From Candidatus Aenigmatarchaeota archaeon (GTDB taxonomy: Archaea; Aenigmatarchaeota; Aenigmatarchaeia; QMZP01), in the NCBI GenBank assembly GCA_043824495.1, contig JBDRSV010000013.1:1-18743 (forward strand): 18,743 nt of DNA, read 5' to 3'. The notes beneath the pieces are model-generated. The model did not search any database. It had not been told where the DNA came from and saw only the letters and a list, made by a program, of their open reading frames with translations. The position numbers and the translations under genes are program-made. Positions 16,386 to 18,743 of this stretch are shown here, one piece after another (positions within the stretch are counted from its first letter, which is position 1; the number at the start of each line of letters is the position of its first letter).

Positions 16386-17291
16386 TTAAATAAATTCAAC
16401 TTTCCAGCTACTTAGATCAACTGTGACAGTTTTTGAAGTAGAAATTATATTCACACCCTTATAGATCTTGTTCCAATCTTGATTTTGAACCAACCAGAAT
16501 ATATGAGGAGCGTTCTCGATCAGAATCTGATTGTTTATTTTATTGTTGGTCGTGATCAATCTCCTTTTTAGGAAAAGTGTGGCTTCTTCTTCGTTAACAT
16601 TCTCATCTGGTTTGTAAACAATTATTTTCATTTTTGTTCTCCCTTTAGAAACCAGGACTTGTGAATATTTAGAATCTATTTTGTGTTCATTTTCTTCCTT
16701 CACGTCCTCGTCCGTGAAGGTTAATATGGTGTCTGCCTTTACCGATTTCTTCTCTGCAGTGAGTCCTAATATAATATTCATAGTATCTGTTTTTTGGGGC
16801 AGCGGTAAATCCGGTAAGACCATCTTTTTCTGTATTAGTTTGTTTTCTCTAACAATTCCTATTACACCTATCACAGTGTTAGATTCAACTGGATCATTAC
16901 TAACCACTTCTATTTCACCGGTAGGATCATCTATGATAAACCCGTGTGAAGTTTTTTCTTTTATCATTCCTATTATACTAACTTCAGATGATGTGCCTCC
17001 TATTTTGTTTATAGAAGTAGCATCCACTTTCTTCTCCAGGACAGTGTGAATGTTATTATATATGACATTGTAGTAATTTACAACATCTTGAACATCAAGC
17101 TTTGGTTTGATTTCTGGTGTATTTATCTCTATTTTTATTCGTTCTGTTTTATGTTCTTCCGGTTCTGTCACAACAACAGATTTGGTCCTCATGTAACCGC
17201 TTATATTATTCTCGTCTATATTAGTTAGCATGCCAGGGCTCACTAAAACACCCTTTTCCAAAAGTTTCGCTACCACTTCTTTCTTATTCAT
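16386..17291 (-). CDS. Compact, catalytically inactivated homolog of DNA polymerase D small subunit (DP1 / B-subunit-like)
   Basis: DP1-like segments: LLEKGVLVSP, VSIIGMI...IDDPTGEIEV (OB), LPDLP, FLKRRL, ILIENAPHIF, YKGVNII, TVDLSSW. No DxH, GDxxDG, GNHD or GHxH motifs. Begins 1 nt after the cdc6 stop. Confidence 0.75.
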   Translation of the reverse strand: MNKKEVVAKLLEKGVLVSPGMLTNIDENNISGYMRTKSVVVTEPEEHKTERIKIEINTPEIKPKLDVQDVVNYYNVIYNNIHTVLEKKVDATSINKIGGTSSEVSIIGMIKEKTSHGFIIDDPTGEIEVVSNDPVESNTVIGVIGIVRENKLIQKKMVLPDLPLPQKTDTMNIILGLTAEKKSVKADTILTFTDEDVKEENEHKIDSKYSQVLVSKGRTKMKIIVYKPDENVNEEEATLFLKRRLITTNNKINNQILIENAPHIFWLVQNQDWNKIYKGVNIISTSKTVTVDLSSWKVEFI

Positions 17292-17292
17292 A

Positions 17293-18540
17293 TTAGAAAG
17301 TGTTTGCTGATTTTTTCTTTGCGTCTAAGTATAGACCGTCTGTAAGCAAATAATTATCCTTTAAGATTTTCTTGACCTTCTCTTTTAGAGACGATCCTAA
17401 TAAAAACTTTATTTCTCTTGTCCTACCATATCTTCCTTTAGAAATGACTCTAGCATTTATTACACCAAGCATATCAAGCTCTGCAACAAGGTCCGATACC
17501 CTTCTCTGTGTTAAGGACTTTAAACCTCTTGAGTGACATATCTTCTCATATAGAACAAAAACATCACCTGTTTGTATGTTCTTTTCGCCTGCCTCTACGA
17601 GTTTTATTATACTGGCTATAACAGCTTGGCTTTGTTTTGGTTGGAATTTTATAATCTCCACTATCCTGTCCGTGTCAAGCTTTGCTTCCGCCTTATCGAC
17701 TAGCTCGGTTGTCACTTTACTATAATTTTCTCTTTCTGCGAGTTCACCAGCAATTCTAAATAAATCAAGTGCTCTTCTTGCGTCCCCGTGCTCCTGTGCA
17801 GCAAGAGCAGCACATTTGAATATAACAGCATCATCCACAACCCCAGGCACGAACGATACCTTTGCTCTATTAAACAAAATGTCTTGAAGTTGTTTAGCAT
17901 CATATGGTTGGAATATTATCTCTTCTTCTGACAGAGAAGACTTCACTCTAGGATCCAGCCTGTCCGTGAATGTTGTGTCATTTGAAATTCCAATAATAGA
18001 AAGTTTTGTCTTCACGAGGTCCTGATTTATTCTGGTGAGTGTATATAATATATCATCACCGACCTTCTTCACAAGGGCGTCTATCTCATCTAGTACTAGG
18101 ATCACGTTTTTCTCTTGTTCTTCAAGTGCTTCGAAAAATATTTTGTAAACTTCATCTGTCGGCAATCCTGTTGAGGGAACCCTCTTTCCCAGAATTCTTG
18201 ATAATTCTGCTAGCAATCTATATTCTGTGTCAGAAACTTTTTTCATTTTACAGTTGATGAATAAAACCCTTATTTTATCACTTTCTTTCTCTATCTCCGT
18301 CATCACATGTTTTGTACAAACGGACTTTCCTGTTCCAGTAGAACCATAAATAAAAACATTAGATACATTGTCTCCCCTTATTGCGGGCGCAATAATTTTT
18401 GCCAGCTGATTTATATTGTCCTCTCTGTGTGGTATTGTCTCTGGTATATATCGCTCTGTAAGAACGTCTTTGTTCTTGAATACTCGGTTTTCTTTTTTTG
18501 AATAACCACTAAAAATGTCTTTTAGAGTTTGTTGTACCAT
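17293..18540 (-). CDS. cdc6: Orc1/Cdc6 replication initiator
   Basis: IPHRE, Walker A GSTGTGKS, Walker B VLDEID, GISND, DPRVKSSL, HGDARRALD, and winged-helix LDMLGVI...GRYGRT. Confidence 0.97.
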   Translation of the reverse strand: MVQQTLKDIFSGYSKKENRVFKNKDVLTERYIPETIPHREDNINQLAKIIAPAIRGDNVSNVFIYGSTGTGKSVCTKHVMTEIEKESDKIRVLFINCKMKKVSDTEYRLLAELSRILGKRVPSTGLPTDEVYKIFFEALEEQEKNVILVLDEIDALVKKVGDDILYTLTRINQDLVKTKLSIIGISNDTTFTDRLDPRVKSSLSEEEIIFQPYDAKQLQDILFNRAKVSFVPGVVDDAVIFKCAALAAQEHGDARRALDLFRIAGELAERENYSKVTTELVDKAEAKLDTDRIVEIIKFQPKQSQAVIASIIKLVEAGEKNIQTGDVFVLYEKICHSRGLKSLTQRRVSDLVAELDMLGVINARVISKGRYGRTREIKFLLGSSLKEKVKKILKDNYLLTDGLYLDAKKKSANTF

Positions 18541-18562
18541 TACTTTCTATATGAAATTAAGG

Positions 18563-18586
18563 TTTAAATACACTTCTTGTGGAAAT
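18563..18586 (-). promoter_or_regulatory. Putative cdc6 TATA box with adjacent mini-ORB-like site
   Basis: Minus-strand TATTTAAA (18570-18563) lies 23-30 nt upstream of the ATG, consistent with leaderless geometry. TTCCACAAGAAG (minus strand, within 18572-18586) sits immediately upstream. Confidence 0.5.
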
Positions 18587-18589
18587 TTT

Positions 18590-18720
18590 AAAAACTAAAT
18601 ATATAACACTGTTATAACACTTCTTTCATAAAAGTGTACTCACACACCAAACTTGCACATGGAACTTTTTATTATTAAAAAAATTTCATTTGCAAAAACT
18701 AAATTATAACATTGTTATAA
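18590..18720. repeat. 27/28-bp direct repeat, each copy containing the palindrome TATAACA-N-TGTTATA
   Basis: AAAAACTAAATATATAACACTGTTATAA (18590-18617) and AAAAACTAAATTATAACATTGTTATAA (18694-18720). Confidence 0.85.
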
Positions 18721-18743
18721 TAAATATTATTATCTTATAAATT

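Noticed and set aside
18590-18721. Xer/dif recombination site
   Set aside because: The palindrome has a 1-nt centre rather than the 11-6-11 arm-spacer-arm layout of dif sites.

Overview
AT-rich, tightly packed archaeal window. Gene content and compactness suggest a DPANN-type archaeon (inference, not placed phylogenetically). Left part: a partial Cys-rich lipoprotein missed by the ORF track, a tRNA-Arg(CCU) with two introns, two alpha/beta hydrolases around minD, pheT/pheS, a methyltransferase, an orphan, a processive GT2 glycosyltransferase, glyS, two Yip1 paralogs, nac and a LOG-family gene. Right part is a replication cluster: polB -> [433-bp intergenic region with ORB-like boxes, putative oriC] <- tctA-like <- membrane OB-fold <- DP1-like <- cdc6/orc1 <- repeat-rich promoter region. 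The most notable feature is that PolB carries a PolD-DP2-like C-terminal Zn finger after its PIP box, while the nearby DP1 homolog has lost all phosphoesterase metal-binding motifs. Together they resemble a eukaryotic catalytic-subunit plus inactive B-subunit polymerase (inference). All family assignments come from motif recognition by eye; no searches were run.
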